From positions 1-64,000 of the forward strand of contig CAWECG010000003.1 in assembly GCA_963807605.1 (NCBI GenBank): DNA of 64,000 nt. The letters run 5' to 3'. The notes beneath the pieces were generated by a model, which did not search any database, had not been told where the DNA came from, and worked only from the letters and a program-made list of their open reading frames with translations. This document shows, in pieces, positions 53,709 through 64,000 of this stretch; position 1 is the stretch's first letter; every line of letters begins with the position of its first letter. Origin of the DNA: Candidatus Bathyarchaeota archaeon (GTDB taxonomy: Archaea > Thermoproteota > Bathyarchaeia > 40CM-2-53-6 > RBG-13-38-9). The translations under genes were made by a program, and so were the position numbers.

Positions 53709-54105
53709 GTATCAGAGTGATCAACGTGAAAGTAAAAGCGCTAAAAAGGCCCAACACACCCATCGCATATCCTTGATGATGAATAAAATCAGAATAACCT
53801 TCATCGTCGGCGCCCAATCAAATCACCCTACCGATAGCGAGTTTGCTTGATTCTCCCCCACCTCCCGTTTCAAAGGATATAAGATTTGTCAATGTTTTAC
53901 AACACTTCTTCATTGCTAAACGCAGTCTCCCATAGCAAGTCTCGTGTGCATAGGGCGGCGTGATTTCAAGGCGCGCGCTATTGATTGTGTGTGTGCCTTG
54001 CTGGTGAGCGACGACGACGAAAAAAGATGTGCCTCGCTTCGCTTGGCAGATAATGAAAAGGAAAGTATGCAAGGAAGTTATGAAGAAAGGGAAAGACTGT
54101 TTTGG

Positions 54106-54606
54106 TTAGTCTCTTCTTCTCTTAACCACTACAACCGCGGATAATGCAGCGACTAGTCCTGCTAAGGTTAGGTAGGGTGTTAGAATCTCAAGCTTGTTAG
54201 TTGGTAGGGTGACTCCGCCCACAGGAAAAGTGACTGCATGGAGAATAATGTAATAGTTTTCTCCATTCAGATTGATGCCAAATGGACCCGGAGGGCCGAC
54301 CTGGCCGTAAACTTCGACTAGGTCTCCAACCTGAACATCAGCATAGCCCTGTTGTGGAAATGGAGGACTTACAACAAAGCCAACCTGAACGGTGCTGCCG
54401 ACCGTGAGGCTTCCTGAGCTATCAGAGATTATCTCAAGAATCTGGACATCCCACCAATGTGAACCGATGAGAATCCCCTGATTGGTGACCAAACCTCTGA
54501 TCTTAGCCTCTGTACCGTTAGCGGTAACTACAGGAATTATCGTACTCATAGCGGAGAGAACTAGCAGCATCATTACCGGTGCAAGAACTGAATAATTCTT
54601 ATTCAA
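54106..54606 (-). CDS. Secreted beta-rich protein with PVGG C-terminal anchor
   Basis: Signal peptide; C-terminal 39 aa almost identical to those of 31705-32868. Confidence 0.8.
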   Translation of the reverse strand: MNKNYSVLAPVMMLLVLSAMSTIIPVVTANGTEAKIRGLVTNQGILIGSHWWDVQILEIISDSSGSLTVGSTVQVGFVVSPPFPQQGYADVQVGDLVEVYGQVGPPGPFGINLNGENYYIILHAVTFPVGGVTLPTNKLEILTPYLTLAGLVAALSAVVVVKRRRD

Positions 54607-54684
54607 ACGTGTGCCTCTCTTAATATCATTCTCCGGTCCGCTATTAGTATTAAAACTTTCTAGGGGTATAGTACAAGCGCGCTA

Positions 54685-54865
54685 CCATAGGCAAGATAGA
54701 AGCCTTCCAAAGCCTACAAATACGAAGCCTGGATGTTCCCTAACCATCAACAATTCGTGAACTACTGGAACTATGAGAGACCACACCAAGGAATAAGCTA
54801 TCTATATCCAGCACACGTCTATTTCAGAGACCTAAAGAAAGGAACACATGAGAGTAGCTAGAACA
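54685..54865 (+). pseudogene. IS481-like transposase 3' remnant
   Basis: GKIEAF...FVNYWNYERPHQGISYLYPA; ends ...ACA. Confidence 0.7.
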
Positions 54866-54893
54866 GATGATGTAGATGTCTTCGAGGTGACCT

Positions 54894-55736
54894 TTGTTAA
54901 GCAGGGATTCGCACTCGACTTCGGCAAAGACTGGTAATCCAGCTGAATCCAATCCCTCTAGGCCGATTACCTGGATGCACCTTGTGTCGTTTGCTCTTGC
55001 GACCGCGTTATCGTATGTCTTGGGCGTAGTCTCTTCCCTGTTCTTCCCCGTCTTGGGAGCCCCAGGTGTCACAGCGCTCTACGTTGCAGCCGCGATATAT
55101 GTTCCATTGGCAATTTGGATGGGTATGTGGGGGGTCCTCGCAGGCTATGTCAGCTGCTTTTTCTTGGGCTTGTGGCCAAGTGGATACTCTCCACTTCTAT
55201 CCTCGGTCTGGTCAGTAGCAGATTTCTTGGAAGCCTTGGTGCCACTGCTGTTCTTCAGGTTGCTCAGAGTAGACCCCGACTTTACGGTCAGGCGTCCCAC
55301 TGCAGCAAAATTATTCAGACCACTGGTAAGCATCGGGGTGGCGCTACTCGTCATCGGGATAATTGTGCAGATCTGCTTTGGCTCAATTTATGGTGAACCC
55401 TTTGTCTCAGTATACACGTACACCTTGTACACCGGCTTAGCGCTCTCAATAATTGGAATCTTAGTAGGCGCCTTCAAAGGCGACAAGAAAACATGGGCTA
55501 CGTATATCTTTTCAGGAATAATATCGGCCTCGGTTGTAAGTGGTATATGGGGTGGCTGGGCTTTGACTCTGATACCTGGCCTATCACCACTTCCAGCGGG
55601 CCTATTCCCCGTAGTCCTCACAGGATGGGTTGTCGGCGACATAATAGTACTGGCAGTAATAGCGACAGCACTACTGACCGCACTGACACCTATGATCAAA
55701 CGTTCACCCATATTTGTCAGACGCTGGTGGACTTAG
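54894..55736 (+). CDS. Polytopic membrane protein (ECF S-component/MASE1-like)
   Basis: About 8 TM segments; YVPLAIWMGMWG, GWVVGD. Confidence 0.65.
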   Translation: MLSRDSHSTSAKTGNPAESNPSRPITWMHLVSFALATALSYVLGVVSSLFFPVLGAPGVTALYVAAAIYVPLAIWMGMWGVLAGYVSCFFLGLWPSGYSPLLSSVWSVADFLEALVPLLFFRLLRVDPDFTVRRPTAAKLFRPLVSIGVALLVIGIIVQICFGSIYGEPFVSVYTYTLYTGLALSIIGILVGAFKGDKKTWATYIFSGIISASVVSGIWGGWALTLIPGLSPLPAGLFPVVLTGWVVGDIIVLAVIATALLTALTPMIKRSPIFVRRWWT

Positions 55737-55932
55737 TTTCAGGTAAACCCCTTTTTTTCTTAAGATAGGAAAATACGAGCATAGTGTGTGTGCTCACCAG
55801 CTAGGGCAAACACACTAAACGAATGTCTCGCTCTCGGCTCGCCCTGAAGATTCAGGGGATTCTTCCCCTGACATGAACAGGAGGGATTCATGAACAGGAT
55901 AGGGATGGATTGTGTGTGGGTCTTTTGGTGAG

Positions 55933-56005
55933 GGGGATATAACATAACGCAGAGTTTTTGGTGTCCACGTGGCTATGCCTGATTGGACGTGGAAGTCCAC
56001 GTGAT
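55933..56005 (-). repeat. Casposon-TIR-like arm in the opposite orientation
   Basis: Core 55919-55932 then ggggatataac... with three CACGTG/GACGTG boxes. Confidence 0.7.
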
Positions 56006-56197
56006 ACTGGCTGATGTGTTGTTTCTGATGTTGTGTTTTTTTTGTTTCTGTTTATGTCTTCTTGTTTTGTTTATTGTTTTTTGTTTCACAAAACGTTTTT
56101 CATTATGAAAAAAAGAGTAGGCAGATAAAAACACAAAAAAGTTCTATAATCTGGCCTAGTAAAGACGGAGAAGTCTTGTCCTGCAAGACGATGCTCT

Positions 56198-56779
56198 TCA
56201 CGAATGCAAACGCTTCAACACCGTTGGAAATCTCTTCTGGAGGATTATGAGGGCGACGACGGAGACGAGGAGGTTTGCGGGAACGGACAGAGTGAGTATG
56301 GGATAGGTCCATGCGCTGAACGCTACCGCAAAGTAGCTAAGGAAACCAGCATTCCTACCCAGACTCTGCAGCGCCGCCAATTGGACTGTTGGCATTCCTA
56401 ACGTGAGCTGTGTCGCCACGAAAAGCGCGACCATAGCGGAGCTGAATATGAAGCGTGAAAGCTGGCCTCCAATCACAGCATACACGGCCTTCATCTGCTT
56501 GGAGAGGCGATATGCGAACACCGCCATTATCGCATCACCAAGGCCAGATGGAAACTCAACGTACCATGCACCCGTCCAGGCTGAGGCGGCGATCCCCTTG
56601 ATGATCCCCACTATCGGACCGACCGGCCATGGGCAGAGCACCGCAGCTAATACTACAGCTGTCGATCCAAGGTTTGGGTTTCCGAAAGGTGTCAGAAATA
56701 GCACGCGAGTCAAGCCTATGGCGATGAGACCGAAGATCACAGAACATGTTAACACATTGTAGGTTCGCAATCTGGTCAA
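56198..56779 (-). CDS. ECF transporter S-component-like protein
   Basis: PNLG...VLAAVL..PVGPIVG pattern; 5-6 TM segments. Confidence 0.6.
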   Translation of the reverse strand: MTRLRTYNVLTCSVIFGLIAIGLTRVLFLTPFGNPNLGSTAVVLAAVLCPWPVGPIVGIIKGIAASAWTGAWYVEFPSGLGDAIMAVFAYRLSKQMKAVYAVIGGQLSRFIFSSAMVALFVATQLTLGMPTVQLAALQSLGRNAGFLSYFAVAFSAWTYPILTLSVPANLLVSVVALIILQKRFPTVLKRLHS

Positions 56780-56952
56780 CCTACGTGCATAACCGTTTCG
56801 ACCTTATTCTTTAGCTTTACGATTAGAGTGGGGAATCGATGCAATGATTATGTTGTAGCTTGGCGTTTCGAAGAGCGCCAAAAAAGGGGTAATTCAAAGA
56901 ACAATAGCTACATCAGATGGTTTTGCTTCAGGTTATTCGGGTAAGTAAGCCT

Positions 56953-57543
56953 TCAGATGGTGGGCTTTTGGGATTGTGCAAGGAAAAGGAAGATCACAAG
57001 TCCAATGGTGATTGCGGTGATCATTGGAACTGCAATTTGCTCAACAGCGTTCAGGGCCTGAGAGAATGGTTGTGCTAAGAGAAGAATCAAAGCCATGGCC
57101 CCAGATTCAAAGCAAAAAGCAAGAACGGCTCCTTTAAGCAAGTATGCTTTTCCCGCAATCTTGTTTGAAACTAATCCCGCTATGACACCTGCAAGAATGG
57201 TAGAAATTGAGCAGGGAAGAGCAGTGAAGCCGCCTACTGAGTATCTGTGAATACCCCCAATTAAGCCTGCCAATAATCCAGAAACCGGCCCCCCAATGAG
57301 TCCAGCCATAAGAGGCGCCAGCTCTCTAACGTTCAATATTGCGCCACCTACCACAGAACCCATCAACGTTGCATAGATAGCTAGTATTCCGAAAACAACG
57401 GAGATCAATATCTCTTCTTTCATCCAGTTCTCCCCTCTTATGGGCTTGATGATGCCCATCTTAAAGAGAAGAAGTGCAACAACAATCACAAAAGACGCAG
57501 TTCCCAAAAGAGATAAGATGCCCCAAATAATACTTTCAAACAC
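56953..57543 (-). CDS. Stand-alone 5TM-5TMR LytS/YhcK receptor domain protein
   Basis: GAILNVREL...AGLIGGPVSG..AGLIGGIHRY..GG.TA.PC. Confidence 0.85.
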   Translation of the reverse strand: MFESIIWGILSLLGTASFVIVVALLLFKMGIIKPIRGENWMKEEILISVVFGILAIYATLMGSVVGGAILNVRELAPLMAGLIGGPVSGLLAGLIGGIHRYSVGGFTALPCSISTILAGVIAGLVSNKIAGKAYLLKGAVLAFCFESGAMALILLLAQPFSQALNAVEQIAVPMITAITIGLVIFLFLAQSQKPTI

Positions 57544-57785
57544 TTAGAACCACTCCTCATAGCGTAATCTCAAGATCTTCGCCAGTCTAACTACTTAACA
57601 TTATATAAAGACAATACAATTAACTCGTGGCCCGAAAGATCCAATGTGCCTCCAAGGCTTGTTTCAATTCAGCGCGCACGCGACAGAGCCCTCGGGGTCC
57701 TAATAGCACTCATTATATCTTGGCTTGATCATCTACTTACCTGTCTACGTCCACGAATCTTCAGAGGCAACCGGGTAAGGAACCA

Positions 57786-58130
57786 GTGAGTACATCACAC
57801 CCGCTCCTATTGCCAGAAAAGAGCGAGATTCACTGTCCAAGCTGCGGGGCAGTCAACCAAGAAACATGGACCTTCTGCCACGTTTGCGGTAAGAACCTCA
57901 AATCTGCCCAGCTGACCAAAGAAGAACTCCTACGAAGCGCAGTGAAAGCACTAGACCAAGGAGAGAAGGAACTCGCAAAGAGATTCATGGACCAAGCAGA
58001 ATCCCTGCTGGAACCACCTAAGCCTAAGCCATCAGAAAAAGAAACCAAAACGCCGACCTGTATTTCTTGTGGAGCCCAAATGCCTGCCCTTGCGACATTC
58101 TGCCCTGTCTGTGGAACTAAACAGCCCTAG
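57786..58130 (+). CDS. Double zinc-ribbon protein
   Basis: CPSCG..FCHVCG and CISCG..FCPVCG. Confidence 0.75.
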   Translation: MSTSHPLLLPEKSEIHCPSCGAVNQETWTFCHVCGKNLKSAQLTKEELLRSAVKALDQGEKELAKRFMDQAESLLEPPKPKPSEKETKTPTCISCGAQMPALATFCPVCGTKQP

Positions 58131-58542
58131 CCAATCATAGACAGCTAGCTGGAGATATTTGCATGCAATCTCGATTGATGGGCGGTTATGATCGAAACCC
58201 AACAATAGCTCAACGATGCTTATCCGGAAGATCTATTCCCTTGGTAACAAACTCCATTTGGATCATGACAGTATCAATTCACTTCTAGCGCGCGCGTTCT
58301 AGCGCGCTAGTGAGGACACCCAAAATCCCATTATTAGATTCTGTATGTGTGCGTCGTCGTGTCCTTGGTGAGCACACACACCAGGCTTTGACCTATGCTG
58401 ATAAGCCCAGATTGACTCGATAGGATTTCGATAGTCAACTTTGCATTTTTCCCTACAACATCTTAACACTTGTCTCACTTTGCCTTATTGAACGCGCGTG
58501 CGTATACTATGGCCGACTTGTGCGATAGGTCTTCGTTAGATT

Positions 58543-59640
58543 CTAAAACAATGTTCTAGGAGTCTTGGTAAGATATTCGCCTCCTCCGGAGCTCAGTACT
58601 ACAGTGTCTTCGATCTTAATTCCTCCGACAGGTCTGACTGCCAAAAGTGAATGACCTACGGCCAAGGTCCAATTCTCCTTCATTCTTAATTCTGAGTGAT
58701 TCGGATAGTGGCTTGGATGAGGCCATTCTTCAAATTCCAATCCAACTCCGTGTATTGGCCCAGAGATCCAGTATGGCCCATATCCTTTTTCGACAAAGAT
58801 TTTTGAAAACATTTCTGCGACTTGGCCAACCCTCCATTCGGGTCGCATCGCCTTCAGCACGGTTTCTTGGACTTCCGTATAGAGCTGGATCAGCGCCTTC
58901 TGTTTGCTGCTGGGGGATCCGCAGGTAACAGTTCGCGCCGCATCACAAGCGTACATGTCCACCACCGGATGAACATCTACAACAACCAAGTCCCCAAGCT
59001 CTATCTTTCGGCGGAGGGTGCCGCCATGTAGGTGGAGTGAGTGAGGTCCGCTGTCAACAAATGTGCTGGACGAGTAGCGCATCGCTCCCGCCTTTCGCAT
59101 GGCGTATTCGGCCTCGGCGGCTATCTCGATTTCAGTCTTTTCAGGAGAGATTGCTGAAATACCTGCTTCAAGACCCTTGTCTGCCACCGCCGCGGCCTGA
59201 CGCATCGAATCAATTTCCATGGCGTCCTTCACGTAGCGGAGCGGCATCAGTATCTCTTCGTTCTCGACGACTGTCATTCTTAGGTTTGATTTCAGAAATT
59301 TGTACACAAGGAAACCTGGGGTGCTGTGCATGCAGAAACCAACCTTCTTATCGCGTATATCATGCTCATCTACAATCGAGAAGTAGGTTCGCATCAACTC
59401 CTGTGGGCTACGCCAGCCTCGAACATCCTCAATTCCAGTAGCTGTTCTAGCGCTTTCAACCTCTTCAGCGAAGACGATGATCGTCGGCTCCCCATTCTGG
59501 GGGAGGAAGATTCGAGCGACACTTCGCATATCGCCTGTCAGGTAGAAGTAATTCTCTCTGCTTGTGACCTGAAGAGCCGCAACATCATGTTGCGCCATGA
59601 GGTCTTGCGCGTTTTTTCTTCGTTTTTCGAAGACACTCAT
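58543..59640 (-). CDS. M24 (Xaa-Pro peptidase/creatinase) family protein
   Basis: ENYFYLTG, LRYVKD..EI, D..D, HGVGL, GIKIEDTV. Confidence 0.88.
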   Translation of the reverse strand: MSVFEKRRKNAQDLMAQHDVAALQVTSRENYFYLTGDMRSVARIFLPQNGEPTIIVFAEEVESARTATGIEDVRGWRSPQELMRTYFSIVDEHDIRDKKVGFCMHSTPGFLVYKFLKSNLRMTVVENEEILMPLRYVKDAMEIDSMRQAAAVADKGLEAGISAISPEKTEIEIAAEAEYAMRKAGAMRYSSSTFVDSGPHSLHLHGGTLRRKIELGDLVVVDVHPVVDMYACDAARTVTCGSPSSKQKALIQLYTEVQETVLKAMRPEWRVGQVAEMFSKIFVEKGYGPYWISGPIHGVGLEFEEWPHPSHYPNHSELRMKENWTLAVGHSLLAVRPVGGIKIEDTVVLSSGGGEYLTKTPRTLF

Positions 59641-60142
59641 CCCAAACACCAGAATCAATAATCGTCTTTGAAGAAAGAAATATTAGCGTTTCTGCAAACT
59701 GCATGCCTGGATCGAATCTGCACCAGAACCTATCACTGCGTCTATGGAATAGTTAATTCAGCATCGTCCCTGCCTCTGACAGCCGCATACCTCACAGACG
59801 CACAGCTTTAGCGAAGCCACGTGATAGTCCCCCGCAGGCTCAAACCCTCCGAGGCCCGAACCTGCGTGAATTTTGAGCCTTCTTTTGGACTCAATAACGC
59901 ATCGAGCCCCGGCGGCCACACCACTCTAAAATGAATAGATACGCATCCATTTACTCACCACCAGTGATGGCGTTCGCCTCATTCTAATACGTAATTCACC
60001 TCACGTGGTTGAGATTGGGAGGACATTCAAAGACAAGATAAGGATGATGTGGCTGCGGATGTATCAATCACTTCGAATGAATTTTGACCAACAGGAATTA
60101 ATGCACTTACCTATCAAGTTGACAAATTCATAATAAACACAT

Positions 60143-60729
60143 GTGTACTCCATTACGATGAGCATGTCAATTCTAGAAGTCCCAGAATTCTGTCTTATTC
60201 TGGCAAATTTACTGCTAGTTGCCGTGACCGCATATTATGCAATACAGACCAGATGGACTGTACTTGAGATGAGAAGGGCTACTGAGCCACAGTTCTTCCC
60301 CATCTCAGGGCATCTCTGCATCTTTTCACGCTTACACACATCCAACTGCTAGTCGAAAACGTCGGTAAGGGCCCTGCTTTAGACGTAAAAATCGACTTTG
60401 ATCTTCGTGAATTCAGCGATAGTCTACGATCCTACAAAACGTCTATGATAGCATCGAATGGCAAAGTTCGTCTGTGGATTCCAGTAGGAAAAGACAAAGA
60501 GAAATCCTCCATGGATTTCTTTGGTGGACATCAATCGACACTCGACTTTCAGGCTAAATCTCTTGATATTTTTGGCCGACCTTATGTTGTCTCTGAATCC
60601 ATAGACATCACTGCACTTGTTGAGCAGTTCAAAAAGATTGGAGTTGCATGGGAACCGAATTATCTAGTCGAAATCAAGAGGGTGCTCGAGAATATCGAGA
60701 AAGAAGTCAGAAACCTAAGAACTCATTGA
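60143..60729 (+). pseudogene. Hypothetical membrane-anchored protein, frameshifted
   Basis: LVAVTAYYAIQT TM helix, then V.NVGKGPA.DV in another frame. Confidence 0.5.
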
Positions 60730-60803
60730 GAATCTCTTATGTTCGTGAAGGGGCGTATATCACGTAGAGCGCGCGCCTACACTATGTCACTTCATTCGAT
60801 CGG

Positions 60804-61241
60804 ATGTCCATAGAAGACATCGAAGTGGCACTGGAAATTGAGAACGAGTGTTTTTCGCCGAAGGAGGCGTTCAGTAGGTATGAATACGAACGTCTTCTCA
60901 AATCGCCTGACGTAATCATGTTCAAGGCGATATCTGAAGGCACGATCGCTGGTTTCGTGGTCGGTCTAGTACACCATCGAGAAGCAGAAGTCCATACCAT
61001 AAATGTCCGTATGGAGTCTAGGCGGAGGGGAGTCGCGACAGGGGTGATCCAGATTCTTGAGACGCAGTTCCTGGAGCTCGGCTGCAAAACCGCTGTCGCC
61101 GAAATCTCTCCCGACAATGTAGCGTCGAAGCGACTTTTCGAGAAGCTCGGATATCGTAACGTGCGATATCTTCCGGGCTTCTACAGCAGGGGAAGAAGCG
61201 CCATATTGGTTGAGAAACTGCTTACACAAAATAGCAATTGA
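60804..61241 (+). CDS. RimI-like GNAT acetyltransferase
   Basis: IENECF, RRRGVA, NVASKRLFEKLGY, FYS.GRSA. Confidence 0.85.
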   Translation: MSIEDIEVALEIENECFSPKEAFSRYEYERLLKSPDVIMFKAISEGTIAGFVVGLVHHREAEVHTINVRMESRRRGVATGVIQILETQFLELGCKTAVAEISPDNVASKRLFEKLGYRNVRYLPGFYSRGRSAILVEKLLTQNSN

Positions 61242-61257
61242 CAACAGGACGATAACC

Positions 61258-62019
61258 CTATCTTCTTTCTAGCAGCGGCCATGGCTGATCTATGACTCTA
61301 GCGATCCAACCTGATGCAGCTAGGGCGATCGCGGCCACCTGCAGATAGATTTGGTGCAAATACAACACAGAACCAAGCGCGAGGAGCCCGAGGGACACCG
61401 ACCACTTCACCTGCACAATGAGCGGGGGTCTTTTTACCCATTTCAAGATATTCTCTATCGCATCCATTTGCTCATCAGGAACATGCTTCATGCTCTTGAG
61501 GAAATCAACGCAGCTTTCGCATATCCTACATTCTTTCAAGCCGAGAACATGGTTCGCCCTAGGTGAATAGCAGCTATCGAAGAGACACCCCACGTCCTCT
61601 TCGCCGTCCTCATGTTCCGCGTCGTACTGAAGCCACATGACTACTTCCATTATGTTGTATGCAAAGTATTTTTCTAGGTTCTTTCCAGATTCTTTCCGAA
61701 TGAGTTCAGTGTCTGCATTCGTGACCACTCCTAATCTACCTTCAGTTTTCGTGAAAAAACCGCCCTCGATCTTCTTCTTCGTCAGAACAATATCATAGGC
61801 GTACTCTCTAGATTGCGGGTAGAGACTGCAGAAGGTTTCGCCTAGGAGCTTGAGGCTGTATTGGTTAAACTGCATGTCTGGAGGCGGACAGGTCTCAGAG
61901 CTTCCGACATAGTCAAATCCGTAGAACTGCTGCAGCGAGTTCAATTTCGAACACAGCTTCTGTATACCGAGCTTCTGCGTAGGAGCAAGTCCTGCTATGC
62001 GGACTTTGGCAACAGTCAT
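61258..62019 (-). CDS. Hypothetical Cys-rich protein with C-terminal TM pair
   Basis: GCLFDSC...CRICESC; two terminal hydrophobic helices. Confidence 0.6.
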   Translation of the reverse strand: MTVAKVRIAGLAPTQKLGIQKLCSKLNSLQQFYGFDYVGSSETCPPPDMQFNQYSLKLLGETFCSLYPQSREYAYDIVLTKKKIEGGFFTKTEGRLGVVTNADTELIRKESGKNLEKYFAYNIMEVVMWLQYDAEHEDGEEDVGCLFDSCYSPRANHVLGLKECRICESCVDFLKSMKHVPDEQMDAIENILKWVKRPPLIVQVKWSVSLGLLALGSVLYLHQIYLQVAAIALAASGWIARVIDQPWPLLERR

Positions 62020-62370
62020 AGCAATTCACATCATAATTTTTGGGTGAAACGTGCTTATCAGGTCTTCTACGAAATCACTGAGAGAAGTAACCGCATCCCG
62101 CGTCGCAACACCAGCTTACCCAAACACGGCCAAGTGTCTATAAGCAGCCGCGGATGACCCTATTAGCGCGCGCTCATCAAAAAAAAGAAGATCTGGACTG
62201 CGCAATTGCAGCATCTGAGAGAGTAGGAAGGAGCATAAGGATCATATAGTCCTTTCTCACGGTCTACCCCCGAGTGAATATTTTGATTCTTTCTAGCGCG
62301 CGCTAGCTGCCGCGTCCACAGTTCACATACTCGATGAACTCTTTTATTCTAGACTCCAAACTATAAAATT

Positions 62371-64000
62371 ATGCAGATAAGAAGCTACGATCTCTTCCTT
62401 GACGTAGACTTTCAAGGCCTCAACTTCGAAGGAAAAGTCCGTATAGAATTAGAATCTGAAGGAGACGTGGTCCTAGACTCCGTAGGCCTTAAGATCCTCA
62501 GCGTGGATGGCGTCGGAGGATCCCTCAATTTTGAGCAGCAGGGCGAGAATCTTGTTATCAAGACCGGCCAATTCAGCGGCACTCTCGAAGTGAAATATGC
62601 GGGGACTGTTCCCGACAATCTTGTTGGGATCTACAGGGCCCCGTACAACAATACACACATCATAACCACTCAGTTCGAAGCCGCACATGCGAGGAGAATG
62701 TTTCCGTGCGTCGACCGCCCAGACTGCAAAGCCACATTCAAACTGGCTGTTAGAGTCAACACGGACCTAGACGTAATATCCAATATGCCTATCGAATCCC
62801 ATAGGATGGTCGGTAATAAGAAGACAGTTACATTCCAGAAAACGCCAAGAATGTCGACTTACCTTCTCTACTTAGGCATAGGTAAATTCGAGGAGGCCTT
62901 CGAGAGGTTCGGAAACATCGATGTGATAGTAGCCACGACACCGGGGAAGACGGGCAAAGGAAGATTTGCCTCAGACGTGGCCAAACAATCAATGAAGTTC
63001 TATCAGGACTATTTCGGCATCCCCTACATGCTCCCGAAGATTCACTTGATAATGGTGCCAGAGTTTGCGGCGGTCGCTATGGAAAACTGGGGGGCCATCA
63101 CTTTCAGGGAGACAGCCCTCCTTGTCGACGAGAATAGCAGCGTGATGACAAGGAAGAGAGTCGCTGAGGTCGTAGCACATGAACTCGCACACCTATGGTT
63201 CGGCGACCTCGTCACGCTAAAATGGTGGAACGACCTCTGGCTGAACGAGAGTTTCGCTACCCTAATGGCGTACAAGGTGCTGGATGCGTTATATCCGCAA
63301 TGGAAGGCGTTTAGTGACTTCCTTCTGAATGAGAACTCAGGAGCTATGGCTAGGGACTCGCTGAAGAGTACCCACCCAATAGAGGTTGATGTCACCTCTC
63401 CAAATGAGATAGCTCAGATATTCGACGACATAAGCTACGGTAAAGGAGCATCCATACTAAATATGATCGAAACCTATGTGGGAGCTGATGACTTTAGAAA
63501 GGCCGTCTACAGGTACCTTACCATACATAAATTTTCGAATGCAACTGGAAAGGATTTTTGGAGCTCCCTGGACACGATCTCTGGAAAGCAATTGACATTG
63601 ATCATGAGTGGATGGATAAGAAAACCAGGATATCCGGTAATCACCGCCACAATAATAGGAGATAGACTGAGACTCAAACAGGAAAGATTCCTCCTCTCAG
63701 GCACTTATGAGAAAGACGTATGGCCGATACCAGTCACCATGAGCGTGAATGGCGAGTCGAGAAGACTGCTCTTCGACACGGAAGAGACCTGGATTGATGT
63801 CAAAGAATACAAGTCCCTTAACTTAAACGTCGATCACTCTGGTTTCTATAGAGTTTACTATGAAGGGCTTTATGACAAGATTTGGAATAGTGAATTATCG
63901 CCGTTAGATCGATGGCAGATAATATTCGACGCTCGTGCCTTTCTCGTTGCCGGCAAAATGAGATTCAACGAGTATCTAAGCCTCATCAGGAAGTACGACG
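62371..64000 (+). CDS. M1 family aminopeptidase (tricorn-interacting factor F2/F3-like), 3'-partial
   Basis: TTQFEAAHARRMFPCVD, AMENWG, HELAHLWFG...WLNESFA; runs off the window, so absent from the ORF track. Confidence 0.93.
   Translation, partial: MQIRSYDLFLDVDFQGLNFEGKVRIELESEGDVVLDSVGLKILSVDGVGGSLNFEQQGENLVIKTGQFSGTLEVKYAGTVPDNLVGIYRAPYNNTHIITTQFEAAHARRMFPCVDRPDCKATFKLAVRVNTDLDVISNMPIESHRMVGNKKTVTFQKTPRMSTYLLYLGIGKFEEAFERFGNIDVIVATTPGKTGKGRFASDVAKQSMKFYQDYFGIPYMLPKIHLIMVPEFAAVAMENWGAITFRETALLVDENSSVMTRKRVAEVVAHELAHLWFGDLVTLKWWNDLWLNESFATLMAYKVLDALYPQWKAFSDFLLNENSGAMARDSLKSTHPIEVDVTSPNEIAQIFDDISYGKGASILNMIETYVGADDFRKAVYRYLTIHKFSNATGKDFWSSLDTISGKQLTLIMSGWIRKPGYPVITATIIGDRLRLKQERFLLSGTYEKDVWPIPVTMSVNGESRRLLFDTEETWIDVKEYKSLNLNVDHSGFYRVYYEGLYDKIWNSELSPLDRWQIIFDARAFLVAGKMRFNEYLSLIRKYD

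Noticed and set aside
56020-56145. T-rich then A-rich tract as an origin or ncRNA
   Set aside because: Low complexity, with no ORB-like boxes or defined structure visible.
61258-62019. Archaemetzincin protease
   Set aside because: The Cys pattern is similar but there is no HExxHxxGxxH motif.

Overview
Archaeal accessory-rich region, most likely TACK/Bathyarchaeia-like. This is inferred from multi-intron BHB tRNAs, a zinc-containing ferredoxin, archaeal-type SHMT, Bathyarchaeia-style integrase remnants and PVGG C-terminal anchors. The left half (1-28 kb) lies downstream of a two-intron tRNA-Ala(GGC) and carries several duplicated tRNA 3' ends. It holds Fic, two toxin-antitoxin pairs, two IS1341-type TnpB elements with a rearranged RuvC, an orphan TnpB right end, three 48-bp palindromic mini-elements, a glcD-glcF-glyA operon, an MgtA-type ATPase and oxidoreductases. 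The centre has fumC, a three-intron tRNA-Phe and a two-intron tRNA-Gly. From 31.5 to 58.4 kb, cargo genes (surface proteins, cytochromes c, multicopper oxidase, nadABC, transporters) are separated by about 19 copies of a 14-bp core (CTCACCA+7 nt). The core has interchangeable arms: (CA)n, (CGA)n, AGCATC..., and casposon-TIR-like ...TTACCTATATCCCC. It forms 59-bp-period mini-arrays, and a casposon-type PolB fragment abuts one core. This cassette/array system is the best candidate for an undescribed system. Many gene fragments end precisely at (CG)n tracts. Several single-base frameshifts may be sequencing errors. All calls come from reading the sequence; no searches were run.
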